A DNA stretch of 61,575 nucleotides. Source: Acidobacteriota bacterium. GTDB lineage: Bacteria; Acidobacteriota; Terriglobia; Versatilivoradales; Versatilivoraceae. The stretch covers positions 1 through 61,575 of the forward strand of contig JAJECY010000223.1 of the NCBI GenBank assembly GCA_022821775.1, in the 5' to 3' direction. Both the position numbers and the translations under genes were made by a program. Shown here piece by piece: positions 18,139 to 26,979 of the stretch (positions are counted from its first letter, which is position 1; the number at the start of each line of letters is the position of its first letter). The notes under the pieces are model-generated. The model worked only from the letters and a program-made list of their open reading frames with translations. It searched no databases and had not been told where the DNA came from.

Positions 18139-19116
18139 TCATTCATCCAGCACGCAGGCGAAGATCAGGGGGGCCACGATGGTGGCGTCCGATTCGATCA
18201 CGTAGCGGGGGGTGTCCACCGCCAGCTTGCCCCAGGTGATCTTTTCGTTGGGGACGGCCCCCGAGTAGGAGCCGAAGCTGGTGACCGAATCGCTGATCTG
18301 GCAGAAGTAGCTCCAGAGCGGGGTGTCCTCCAACTTCAGATCCAGCTTGAGCATGGGAACCACGCAGATGGCGAAGTCGCCCGCGATTCCTCCGCCTATC
18401 TGAAAGAAGCCGATGGGTCCCTGGCGTGACGTCTCTCGATACCAGTCCGCCAGCGACACCATGTATTCAATGCCGTTGCGCACGGTCTGGGGGTTCTTGA
18501 TGGTGCCCTTGATGCAGTAGGAGGCAAAGACGTTCCCCAGGGTCGAATCCTCCCATCCCGGCACGAACAGGGGCAGGTTTTTTTCACAGGCGGCCACCAC
18601 CCAACTGTCCCTGGGATCGATCTGGTAGGAGTCGGCCAGAATCCGGCTGCGCAGCAGTTGATAGACATACTCGTGGGGAAGAAAGCTCTTTCCCTCGGCT
18701 TCGGCCTGGTACCAGAGTTCCCGGATGGCGTGATCGAGCTTCAGCATGGCGGCCTTTTCCGGAATGCAGGTGTCGGTCACTCGATTGAAGGATTGGTCGA
18801 AGAGATCCTGCTCGGCCTCGGGAGTCAGGTCCCGATAGTTGGGGATGCGCAGATACTCGTCGTGGGCCACCAGGTTGAAGAGATCCTCTTCCAGGTTGGC
18901 TCCGGTGCAACTGATGGCGTGTATCTTCTCCTGCCGAATCATCTCCGCCAGGCTGACCCCGATCTCGGCGGTGCTCATGGCCCCGGCCAGGGTCATCAGC
19001 ATGCGGCCCCCCGAATCGATGAGTTCCCGGTACCCGTCAGCCGCATCGGACAAGGCCGCCGCATTGAAGTGGCGGTAGTGACGCGCAACGAATTTGCCGA
19101 TGGGATTGGATTTCAT
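18139..19116 (-). CDS. Deoxyhypusine synthase-like protein
   Basis: 325-aa ORF. The N-terminal ARHYRHFNAAAL.., GAMSTAEIG, IGGGIAGDF and C-terminal NEKITWGKL (catalytic-lysine context of DHS) match the DHS family. Its stop abuts the SSS stop with no spacer (TGATCA at 18136-18141). Confidence 0.8.
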   Translation of the reverse strand: MKSNPIGKFVARHYRHFNAAALSDAADGYRELIDSGGRMLMTLAGAMSTAEIGVSLAEMIRQEKIHAISCTGANLEEDLFNLVAHDEYLRIPNYRDLTPEAEQDLFDQSFNRVTDTCIPEKAAMLKLDHAIRELWYQAEAEGKSFLPHEYVYQLLRSRILADSYQIDPRDSWVVAACEKNLPLFVPGWEDSTLGNVFASYCIKGTIKNPQTVRNGIEYMVSLADWYRETSRQGPIGFFQIGGGIAGDFAICVVPMLKLDLKLEDTPLWSYFCQISDSVTSFGSYSGAVPNEKITWGKLAVDTPRYVIESDATIVAPLIFACVLDE

Positions 19117-19192
19117 TGAACCTGGGAGGTGCCCGAGCCAGGCATGACGGGCGCCCTGGAGGCGGCAGGTCCCGGAACAGGCCCGGGTTGGG

Positions 19193-21220
19193 TTACTGCT
19201 TGTCAGCCTTCGGGGTGGCGGCGTTTGTGGGAACGATCAGGGTCTGGCCGGGATGGATCAGGTGGCCGCGGATGGAGTTGGCTGCCCGGAGTTGTCGAAC
19301 CGAGACTCCGAATTTCCTGGCAATGGAGCCAAGGGAGTCTCCGCGCCGCACCCGGTACCGGCCATTGGCGGCGCCGGAAGTCGGTTGGCTGACCGCCGTC
19401 CGCCGATTGCCGTTTGCCGCTGCCCGGGCCGGAATCGTCAGACGCTGACCCACAACAATGCGTGATCCCTTCAGCCGGTTGGCCCGCCGAATTTCGCCCA
19501 CCGTTGTTCCGAAGCGCCGGGCAATGACAATCAGCGAATCGCCTCGCCTGACGCGATACAGCTTTGGCTGCGGTGCCTGTGCCTCGGCTTTGGCCGAGGC
19601 CGCGGGTGCGGGGACGGCAGTCTTCTCCGGAGCCTTGGCCGGCTCGGACAGCTTCAGCACCTGGCCCGGGTGAATGCGGGACCCCCTGAGGCTGTTCATT
19701 CGCTTGATAGCCCCGATGGAGGTGCCGAATCTTTGGGCAATCACGCTCAGGGAGTCACCCCGACGGACCCGATAGCTGGCTGGCGCCGGTGAGGACGAAC
19801 TGGCCGAAGCTCTTCCCGCCGAGCCGCCCTGGCCGGACGAGGCTCCGCGCAGACCGGGGATTCTCAAGACCTGGCCCGCATAGATCCGGGTGCCATCCAG
19901 GTCGTTCAACCTCTGTATCGCCTTCACGGACGTTCCGAAGCGTTGCGCGATGACCGTCAGCGAGTCACCCGATCGGATGCGATAGCCGTCCGGGGGCACC
20001 TTGGCGGGGGCGCCGCGCCAGCGGACCGCCGGTGCCTGGGCCAGCGCCACCCGAGCCTCATCCGCTCTACCCGCCGGGATGCGGAGGGTGAAACCCGCCG
20101 GCAGGACCCGGGAACGGGTCCAGAGGCGGCGGCGGAATTGCGGGTTGTATTGCCGCAGGACGTCCTGGGAAAGACCTTCAATGGCGGTGAAGGTCGTCAC
20201 ACGAACCGACTTGTCCAGGTGGATGTCCTGGTAGCGGATGGGCGACATCAGTTCCAGCGGACCGAAGTAGGTGCGGTAGTTCTCGGAGACCTCGACGGCA
20301 GCCAGAAACTCGGCGTAGAAGTTCTTGCTGGCATAGCGGAACGACCTGGACCGGTACTTGTCGATGACGTTGAGTAGGTTGGGGCCGTGACGGCGTTTGG
20401 CTCGAGCCATCCCGGCCTGGCCATGGTTGTATGAGGTTATGGCCAGGGGCCAGTTGCCCAGTTTCCGATAGGCGTCTTTCAGATAGCGGGCGGCGCCGTC
20501 GGTAGCGGCGATGGGATCGAGGCGTTCATCCACGGTGCGCCCGACTCTGAGCTTGTAGGCCCGCCCGGTCCTGGGCATGAACTGCCAGATGCCGGCGGCG
20601 CCTTTGCTGGAGCGGGAAGCATAGTTGAAGGAGGATTCCACGTGAGGGAGGCGCACCAGTTCTTTGGGAAGACCGTGTTTCTCAAAGATGGCCTCCATCG
20701 TCGCCAGGTAGCGACCGGAACGAATGATGCCCTTCCGGAACCTTTCCTTCACGCCTCTCTGGGCATGGATGTTGTGGCGCAGCTTTCTGAACAGGGATCG
20801 CGAGGGTTGCAGCCCCGCGGAGCGCACTACCTTGAGGATGCCCCGTTGCACCGCGTCGGGATTCTTGGGATTGGGCCCGTGGGTCCGCAAGCGATTCATG
20901 GCGACCGACAGCCGGTGGATGCGGGCGCGCACCGTCCTCCGCTGGCGTCTGGAGGCGGCCCTGCTTCGACCGAAGCCGTCTTTGAACTCGACCACCTCGT
21001 AAATCAGCCTCAAGTCGTCGGTGTCGTGAAGGACGACCTGGTTGGCTCCATACCGGGTGAAGACAGCTCGCCAGAAGGCGACCCGAGGTTCATATCCCTT
21101 GGAGGGAAACCGGTCCGCGATTTGGGTGAGGGAGAAGTTCGGGGATTGGGCCAGGGCCGGGGAAGAAGGGATGACCAGCAGGAGGCCAGTCAAAACCCAC
21201 AGCCAAGTCAATCGGTGCAT
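19193..21220 (-). CDS. MltD-like membrane-bound lytic transglycosylase with four C-terminal LysM domains
   Basis: The ORF track starts at 21328. ATG 21220 gives the signal peptide MHRLTWLWVLTGLLLVIPSSPALA. SLT block HVESSFNYASRSSKGAAGIWQFMPRTG. Four repeats of YRVRRGDSL.VIA.RFGTS...I.R.N.L.G.RI..GQ.L.IP. Confidence 0.85.
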   Translation of the reverse strand: MHRLTWLWVLTGLLLVIPSSPALAQSPNFSLTQIADRFPSKGYEPRVAFWRAVFTRYGANQVVLHDTDDLRLIYEVVEFKDGFGRSRAASRRQRRTVRARIHRLSVAMNRLRTHGPNPKNPDAVQRGILKVVRSAGLQPSRSLFRKLRHNIHAQRGVKERFRKGIIRSGRYLATMEAIFEKHGLPKELVRLPHVESSFNYASRSSKGAAGIWQFMPRTGRAYKLRVGRTVDERLDPIAATDGAARYLKDAYRKLGNWPLAITSYNHGQAGMARAKRRHGPNLLNVIDKYRSRSFRYASKNFYAEFLAAVEVSENYRTYFGPLELMSPIRYQDIHLDKSVRVTTFTAIEGLSQDVLRQYNPQFRRRLWTRSRVLPAGFTLRIPAGRADEARVALAQAPAVRWRGAPAKVPPDGYRIRSGDSLTVIAQRFGTSVKAIQRLNDLDGTRIYAGQVLRIPGLRGASSGQGGSAGRASASSSSPAPASYRVRRGDSLSVIAQRFGTSIGAIKRMNSLRGSRIHPGQVLKLSEPAKAPEKTAVPAPAASAKAEAQAPQPKLYRVRRGDSLIVIARRFGTTVGEIRRANRLKGSRIVVGQRLTIPARAAANGNRRTAVSQPTSGAANGRYRVRRGDSLGSIARKFGVSVRQLRAANSIRGHLIHPGQTLIVPTNAATPKADKQ

Positions 21221-21490
21221 AGCGCTATTAGGGTACAACTGAACGGGTCCGAATTTCAAAGACTCTTTTCGGGCCGGAGAAATCTCTTCGGGAAAAGCGA
21301 AACGGGTTTTGGTCACCGGGGGGTTCACCCTTGAGAAGATTGCAGGGTATGCAGCCGGTCGTGCAACTCATTGGAACCGGTTGAGTCCCCCCGAGGCGTT
21401 TTGTCCTTCAGATCGATCCTCCAGGTCTGTCATAATAGGCGCCGGTTTGGCTGCCTGCCTCTGTCTCGACGCTCCCGAGGAACTCAACGA

Positions 21491-21997
21491 ATGGGAAAGG
21501 ACCCACAGTCCAGCTCGCGCAGAACCTTCTATCAGCGGATGATCTACGGCGTCAGCAGCCTGATCGCGACCTCGCTGACCATTCCGGCCGTCGGCTACCT
21601 GTTTCCGTCTCGAAGGAAGGGAAACGCCGGCAAGGGCTGGACCGACGCCGGCGACGTCTCGGCTCTCCCCCTGAATGAACCTCGGGAACTCGCTTTCCAA
21701 CGCAAGCGGGTTGACGGTTGGAAGACCTCCACCGAGCGGGCTACCGCCTGGGTGGTCAGGACCGATGGGGAACTGATCGCCTTCTCTCCCCGGTGCACTC
21801 ACCTGGGATGCGGCTACCACTGGGAAACGGACAACGATCGGTTTGTCTGCCCCTGCCACACCTCCGGCTTTTCCATCACGGGAGAGGTGCTGGAAGGCCC
21901 CGCCCCCCGCCCCCTGGACCGTTTCGAAACTCGAACGGAAGGGAACCGCCTTTGGCTCGGTCGGGTTCGGCCCATCCCGGAGAACGGCGGCCAATGA
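21491..21997 (+). CDS. Rieske [2Fe-2S] subunit of a cytochrome bc-type complex
   Basis: ATG 21491 (MGKDPQSSSRRTFYQRMIYG..) is preferred to the track start 21371. Rieske boxes CTHLGC and CPCHTSGF. The stop overlaps the next start (ATGA at 21994-21997). Confidence 0.85.
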   Translation: MGKDPQSSSRRTFYQRMIYGVSSLIATSLTIPAVGYLFPSRRKGNAGKGWTDAGDVSALPLNEPRELAFQRKRVDGWKTSTERATAWVVRTDGELIAFSPRCTHLGCGYHWETDNDRFVCPCHTSGFSITGEVLEGPAPRPLDRFETRTEGNRLWLGRVRPIPENGGQ

Positions 21998-23640
21998 GGG
22001 ACCTGATTCGAAGAATCCTGGATTGGGTGGACCATCGCACCGGGTTCGAGACGGCCGTCAAGAACTTTCTCTACGAGGACATTCCCGCTTCCAGCGGCTG
22101 GCACCAGGTCTTCGGCAGCGTTGCCCTCTTTCTCTTCTTTGTCCAGGCTTTCACCGGGGTTCTGCTGGCCTTCAACTACGCCCCCCAGCCCGGGGATGCC
22201 TACCACAGTCTCCAGTACATTGTGAACGAGATTACCGGCGGGCGCCTGATTCGGGGGCTTCACCACTGGGGGTCCAGCCTCATGGTCGTGGTGGTGGGGC
22301 TGCACATGATCCAGGTGGCCTTGTGGGGAGCCTACAAGAAGCCGCGGGAGGCGACCTGGATTCTGGGGGTGCTGCTGCTGTTGCTGGTGCTGGCCTTCGG
22401 GTTGACCGGCTACCTGCTCCCCTGGGACAACCGGGCCTACTGGGCCACGGTGGTGACCATCCAGATTGCCGGCCTGGCGCCGCTGTTCGGGGAGTACCTG
22501 GTGGAGTTTCTGGGCGGCACCGAGGGCGTGGGCGTCTCCACCTTCACTCGTTTTTACACCCTGCATGTTCTCATGCTGCCGGCCTTGACCGTGCTCGTGA
22601 TGATGCTCCACATCCACCTGGTGCGGAAGCATGGGGTAACTCCCTCTCCCCGGGCGATCGGGAAGCCCAAGAAGAAATTCTATCCCGGGCAGGCCTTCAA
22701 GGACCTGATGGCCTTTTTCGCCGTCTTCGTCCTGCTGTTTGTTCTGGCAGCCACCGTAGACGTGCCCCTGGAGCGTCTGGCCGACCCGAGTGACAGCACC
22801 TATGTCCCCCGTCCCGAGTGGTACTTTCTCTTTCTCTTTCAGATGCTCAAGTTTTTCGAAGGCCGCTGGGAGGTGGTTGGAGCCGTGATCCTGCCCACCC
22901 TGGCCGTCCTTGCCTTGCTGGCCGTCCCTTTTCTGGATCGCGCCAAGGTCAAGCGCATCCAGCAGCGGACGCTGGCCTTCGCCGTGGTCGGCGTGGTATT
23001 GGCCGGCTGGCTGGCCCTGACAGTGGCGGCGGACCTGACCACCCCCGAGCCGGTGGCATCGGCTCGGGAGACCAGTCCGGCTACCGCGGACTGGCGGCTC
23101 CTGACGCCGGTCGAGTTGGCCGGCCGAGCCTATTTCCGCAGGGAGAAGTGCGCCGATTGCCACAACCTGGCCGAGGGTGAGCCCAAGATGGGACCCACGC
23201 TGGCCACGGTTTCCCAGCGAAAGCCCACCGAATGGCTCATGGCCCACTTCGGGAATCCGTCCGAGGCGGTACCGGGCAATCCCAGGCCGGCCACGGCTCT
23301 TTCCGACGAGGAATTGAACGGCCTGGCCGCCTTCGTGTTGAAGCTGACTCCGACCAACGCCGCCGCTCTGGAGGCAGTGCCCCCCTATGCCATGCGGGCG
23401 GCTGTGATCTACCAGGAAAGCCAGTGCGGCGCCTGCCACGTCGTCAACGGAAGCGGAGAGGAGAGCGGGCCCCCTCTCAACGGCGTCGGCCAGCGCCGCA
23501 CGGCCGAATGGCTGGAAGAACACTTCCGCGACCCCCAGAAATTCGACCCCCAGAGCGTCATGCCCCCCTACGACTTCCCCCCCGACGACATGAAGGCCAT
23601 GGTGGACTACATGGAGGCTTTGCCGCCGGCGTTTCAGTGA
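21994..23640 (+). CDS. Cytochrome b fused to a C-terminal dihaem cytochrome c domain
   Basis: ATG 21994 (MRDLIRRILDWVDHRTGFE..). Cytochrome b helices with conserved His contexts (GLHHWGSSLMVVVVGLHMIQV; YTLHVLMLPAL..HIHLVRKHG). PWDNRAYWA block. Two CxxCH motifs (CADCHN, CGACHV) in the last ~170 aa. Confidence 0.85.
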   Translation: MRDLIRRILDWVDHRTGFETAVKNFLYEDIPASSGWHQVFGSVALFLFFVQAFTGVLLAFNYAPQPGDAYHSLQYIVNEITGGRLIRGLHHWGSSLMVVVVGLHMIQVALWGAYKKPREATWILGVLLLLLVLAFGLTGYLLPWDNRAYWATVVTIQIAGLAPLFGEYLVEFLGGTEGVGVSTFTRFYTLHVLMLPALTVLVMMLHIHLVRKHGVTPSPRAIGKPKKKFYPGQAFKDLMAFFAVFVLLFVLAATVDVPLERLADPSDSTYVPRPEWYFLFLFQMLKFFEGRWEVVGAVILPTLAVLALLAVPFLDRAKVKRIQQRTLAFAVVGVVLAGWLALTVAADLTTPEPVASARETSPATADWRLLTPVELAGRAYFRREKCADCHNLAEGEPKMGPTLATVSQRKPTEWLMAHFGNPSEAVPGNPRPATALSDEELNGLAAFVLKLTPTNAAALEAVPPYAMRAAVIYQESQCGACHVVNGSGEESGPPLNGVGQRRTAEWLEEHFRDPQKFDPQSVMPPYDFPPDDMKAMVDYMEALPPAFQ

Positions 23641-23948
23641 TCACTGACCACTGCATTTGCACGCCCTATCACATTTTACGGAACGAGTCCGTCCCGCCGG
23701 ATCCAAAGCATTTCAGAATCACCCTTCCCGTTTTCCCCGGGCCATTTCACACTGCCCCCCGAGGTAGGGGCAAGGATGGGTGGTGGCAAGAGCGAGGCTG
23801 TCCGGGTATACTGTTCAAGGTATGGTTTCGCCGGTGCCGATCGGCCCTGGACCTCCCCGGCGCGGCCGCACCTTTCTCCCTCGTTGGATTGAATCGTTTC
23901 CACAGGTTGGGTGAGCCGAATCACCCCATCCGGAAAGGGAGAAAATTG

Positions 23949-24302
23949 ATGCCGACTTCGTCCAAGCCTGAAACCAGCGCAATCCATCGGGTCCTGATCG
24001 ACAGCGGCGCGGACCCCAAGCTGATTCATCCCGCCATCGAGGAGTTGCACAACTTGAGTGGGCAGAACGTAATCACCGCCATCGGCGCTCAAATCACCGA
24101 ACTCCGGTCTGATGTGCAAGCTCAAATCACCGAGCTCCGGTCTGATATGCAAGCTCAGATCACCGAGCTTCGGGCGGAGATGCAGACCCAAATCACCGCG
24201 CTCCGGACGGAGATGAACACCCTGAACAAGTTCATCTGGACGCTCATCAGCCTGCTGTTCATTCCCATGCTTGGCCTGCTTTACAAGATCCTCGCGTCGT
24301 GA
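23949..24302 (+). CDS. Small coiled-coil protein with a C-terminal membrane anchor (DUF1640-like)
   Basis: AAGGGAG lies 7 nt before ATG 23949. 117 aa, with four 11-aa repeats AQITELRSD(V/M)Q, then the hydrophobic tail FIWTLISLLFIPMLGLLYKIL. Confidence 0.6.
   Translation: MPTSSKPETSAIHRVLIDSGADPKLIHPAIEELHNLSGQNVITAIGAQITELRSDVQAQITELRSDMQAQITELRAEMQTQITALRTEMNTLNKFIWTLISLLFIPMLGLLYKILAS
24087..24218 (+). repeat. 4 x 33-bp in-frame tandem repeat inside the coiled-coil gene
   Basis: Units at 24087-24119, 24120-24152, 24153-24185 and 24186-24218. The first two differ at only 2-3 positions, and units 3 and 4 are progressively more diverged. Confidence 0.9.
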
Positions 24303-24370
24303 CCCAAGCCGATTTGACACTGTCGACAAAACTGGAGATGACAGGGCCGGAGCAATGCAGGTGCCTGTAG

Positions 24371-24436
24371 GATGATTGCGCGGAAATCGGCAAATTGCTC
24401 AACGCCTTGATCAAATCACCAACCACCAATCAGTGA
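24371..24436 (+). pseudogene. Degenerate 3' fragment of a four-helix-bundle (23S rRNA IVS protein-like) gene
   Basis: Translates DDCAEIGKLLNALIKSPTTNQ*. EIGK(M/L)LN(G/A)LIK is the characteristic C-terminal motif of this family. It is followed by a CACCAACCACCAATCAGTGACCACTG arm-like sequence overlapping the GT9 stop. Confidence 0.35.
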
Positions 24437-25443
24437 CCACTGCCGTCCAGCATTTCAACTGCTTGCTCGAACACTTCCCCCACCTCGATGTCTCCCACTG
24501 GGATCTTCCGCACCACCCGGCTGCGTTTGCCTAGCGGGCGGTAGTGCAGGGGATCGCTCAGGCTGAACAGGCCCAGGGTGGGAACGCCCAGGGCGGGGCC
24601 GAAGTGCATGGGGCCGGAGTCGTTGCTCACCAGCAGGTGGCAGCGGCTGATCACCGCGGCCAGGTCCTTGAGTCCGAGTTGACCGGCCAGAGCGTAGCGG
24701 TCGGTTTTCAGGGAGGACTCGGCTTGCCTGAGAAGCTCCTCCTCCCCGGGCCCGCAGAGAAAGAGGACACCCAGCTCAAACCTGTCGGCCAGCTTGTCGG
24801 CCAAGGTGGCAAAGCACGCCGCCGGCCACATCTTGTCGGCCGCGCTGGCTCCCAGGTTCATGCCGATCAGGCAGGGGCATCCATCCATCCTCTTTTCCCG
24901 CAGGAATCGCTCCGCCCTGTCGCGGCTTTCCGAAGGGACCTCCAGCCGGGTGTCACGGTCACCTGGGCTCACCCCCAGGGTTTCCAGCAGGGAATCGAAG
25001 CGATCGGCCACGTGCAGGTTCTGGTCTTCCGGCACCGGGTCCAGGCTGAAGCAGAAGGGCAGATAGGAGGGCTCGTTCCTCTTGAGGCCGATCCGCCAGG
25101 GGGCCCGGCTGTACCAGGCCAGCAGGTTGGTTTCCCGAAAACCGTGGAAATCGATCACCAGTTCGTAGCGGGCATTGCGAAGCTCATGGGCCGACCGGAG
25201 TGCGCTGAGCGCTCCCGACCACCAGGGGCTGTCCCGCATGCCGATGCGATCCGAGGCAATCACCCTGTCGACGGCGGAGCACATCTCCAGAACGGCAGCG
25301 TAGCGTTGATCCGCCAGGGCGGAGATGTGGGCCGCGGGGAACCGGCGGCGCAGGGCCCGCAAAGCGGGAATCAGCAGCACCAGGTCTCCCAGCCGACCGT
25401 AACGGATGACCAGAATCCTGGATACATCGGGGAGAGTGACCAT
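24430..25443 (-). CDS. Glycosyltransferase family 9 (heptosyltransferase-like)
   Basis: 337-aa ORF. N-terminal ILVIRYGRLGDLVLLIPALRAL and C-terminal VSNDSGPMHFGPALGVPTLGLF blocks are typical of GT9. Confidence 0.85.
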   Translation of the reverse strand: MVTLPDVSRILVIRYGRLGDLVLLIPALRALRRRFPAAHISALADQRYAAVLEMCSAVDRVIASDRIGMRDSPWWSGALSALRSAHELRNARYELVIDFHGFRETNLLAWYSRAPWRIGLKRNEPSYLPFCFSLDPVPEDQNLHVADRFDSLLETLGVSPGDRDTRLEVPSESRDRAERFLREKRMDGCPCLIGMNLGASAADKMWPAACFATLADKLADRFELGVLFLCGPGEEELLRQAESSLKTDRYALAGQLGLKDLAAVISRCHLLVSNDSGPMHFGPALGVPTLGLFSLSDPLHYRPLGKRSRVVRKIPVGDIEVGEVFEQAVEMLDGSGH

Positions 25444-25686
25444 GGGAATGGGAATCCGGTTCCCGACAGGCTCCCTGCACGTCGGGTTTCGAGACTGCCG
25501 GCGAAGATTGTAGGGAAGCCCCCCGGCTCAGTCAAAACAGGGAGATTTGACGGCAATGGGGTCCGCCCGGGTGGGCCGCCGGCCCTGCCCGGAAAGCAGT
25601 TGCTTTGTTGGAACCGCTTGATTATGCTTTGTAGCCCTGCGAAAGGTCCTTATCAGTCTTTGTTTTGCGCTTTCAGGAGTCCAGCC

Positions 25687-26979
25687 ATGTCCCGGGCGCC
25701 CTCACCTGGATTGTCTCGAAGGAACGTCCTTTCGGCCGCGCCGCTGGCGGCCGCCGGAGGAATGGCCGCCGCTGTTCCCTCCCGAAAGAGGCCCCGCATT
25801 GCCGCGGTGGTCAGCGAATACCGCCGCTACTCCCACGCCCAGCACATCGTGGATCGATTCCTGTGGGGTTACGGCTGGGGCAACCGCCACCATCGCCCTC
25901 CCATGGACGTGGTCTCGGTGTATGTCGATCAGACTCCGAAAAACACCCTCATCCACGACCGCCTGCGTCGATTCCCGACCATGAAGAAGTACCCCACCAT
26001 TGCCGAGGCCCTGACTCAGGGGGGGAGCCGGTTGGCCGTGGACGGCGTGCTGCTGATCGGCGAGCACGGCAACTATCCCAGGAACGAGAAGGGGCAGACC
26101 CTCTATCCCCGCTACGAGTGGTTCAAGGAAATCACCCGGGTCTTCCGCGACAGCGGGAGGAGCGTCCCCGTGTTCAACGACAAGCACCTTTCCTGGAAGT
26201 GGGAGTGGGCCAAGGAGATGGTGGACATCTCCAGGGAGTTGGACTTTGCCTTCCTGGCCGGCTCCTCGGTGCCGGTGACGCCCAGGCTGCCCTCCATCGA
26301 CATGCCCCTGGGAGCGGAGATCGAGGAGGCGCTCTGCCTGGCCGTGGGAGGGATGGACGGATACGACATCCACGCCCTGGAAGGGCTGCAGTGCATGGTC
26401 GAGCGCCGGCGCGGGGGCGAAACCGGGGCGGCATCCATCCACGCCCTCAGGGGAGATCCCGTCTTCCAGGCCATGAAGGCCGGATCCTGGCAGGCGGGCG
26501 GGTGGGACCCGGAGCTGTTCCAGACCTGTCTCTGCCGCAGCCACAGCCTGACTCCCAGCCGCGAGGGGTTCAACCACGTCATGCCCAGCCTGGAGGAGGT
26601 CCCGGGGCTGATCACCGAGAACACGCCGCTCGCCTATCGCTTCGAGTATCTGGACGGCCTCAAGGGCACCATCCTGCTGATGGAGGGACTGGTGATGGAC
26701 TTCACCTTCGCCGCCCGCCTCAAGGGAGGCGAGGTGATCTCCACCCAGATGTTCCTGCCGCCCCGGGAGGTCTGCAACTTCTTCAATCCGCAGTGTCATC
26801 ACGTGGAGCGGATGTTCCTGACGGGGAAGGCGGGCTACCCGGTGGAACGCACCCTGCTGACCACCGGCCTGACGGCCGCCGGCGTCGAGTCCGTCTGGCA
26901 GGGACAGAAGCGCCTGGAGACGCCCCACTTGAACATCCGCTACCAACCGAATCAAGAGTCCACTTTCTGGAGGAGCTGA
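25687..26979 (+). CDS. Tat-exported protein of unknown function, paralogue 1 (Rossmann-like strand pattern but no GxGxxG)
   Basis: AGGAG lies 7 nt before ATG 25687; 430 aa. Tat motif LSRRNVLSAAPLAAAGG. Conserved blocks shared with the next gene: SHAQH, DVVSxYV, YPTIxEAL, LAVDxVLLIxEHGxYPRNxKGQxLYPRYExF, VPVFNDKHLS, LAGSSxPVT, CMVERRRGGE(T/S)G. Confidence 0.75.
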   Translation: MSRAPSPGLSRRNVLSAAPLAAAGGMAAAVPSRKRPRIAAVVSEYRRYSHAQHIVDRFLWGYGWGNRHHRPPMDVVSVYVDQTPKNTLIHDRLRRFPTMKKYPTIAEALTQGGSRLAVDGVLLIGEHGNYPRNEKGQTLYPRYEWFKEITRVFRDSGRSVPVFNDKHLSWKWEWAKEMVDISRELDFAFLAGSSVPVTPRLPSIDMPLGAEIEEALCLAVGGMDGYDIHALEGLQCMVERRRGGETGAASIHALRGDPVFQAMKAGSWQAGGWDPELFQTCLCRSHSLTPSREGFNHVMPSLEEVPGLITENTPLAYRFEYLDGLKGTILLMEGLVMDFTFAARLKGGEVISTQMFLPPREVCNFFNPQCHHVERMFLTGKAGYPVERTLLTTGLTAAGVESVWQGQKRLETPHLNIRYQPNQESTFWRS

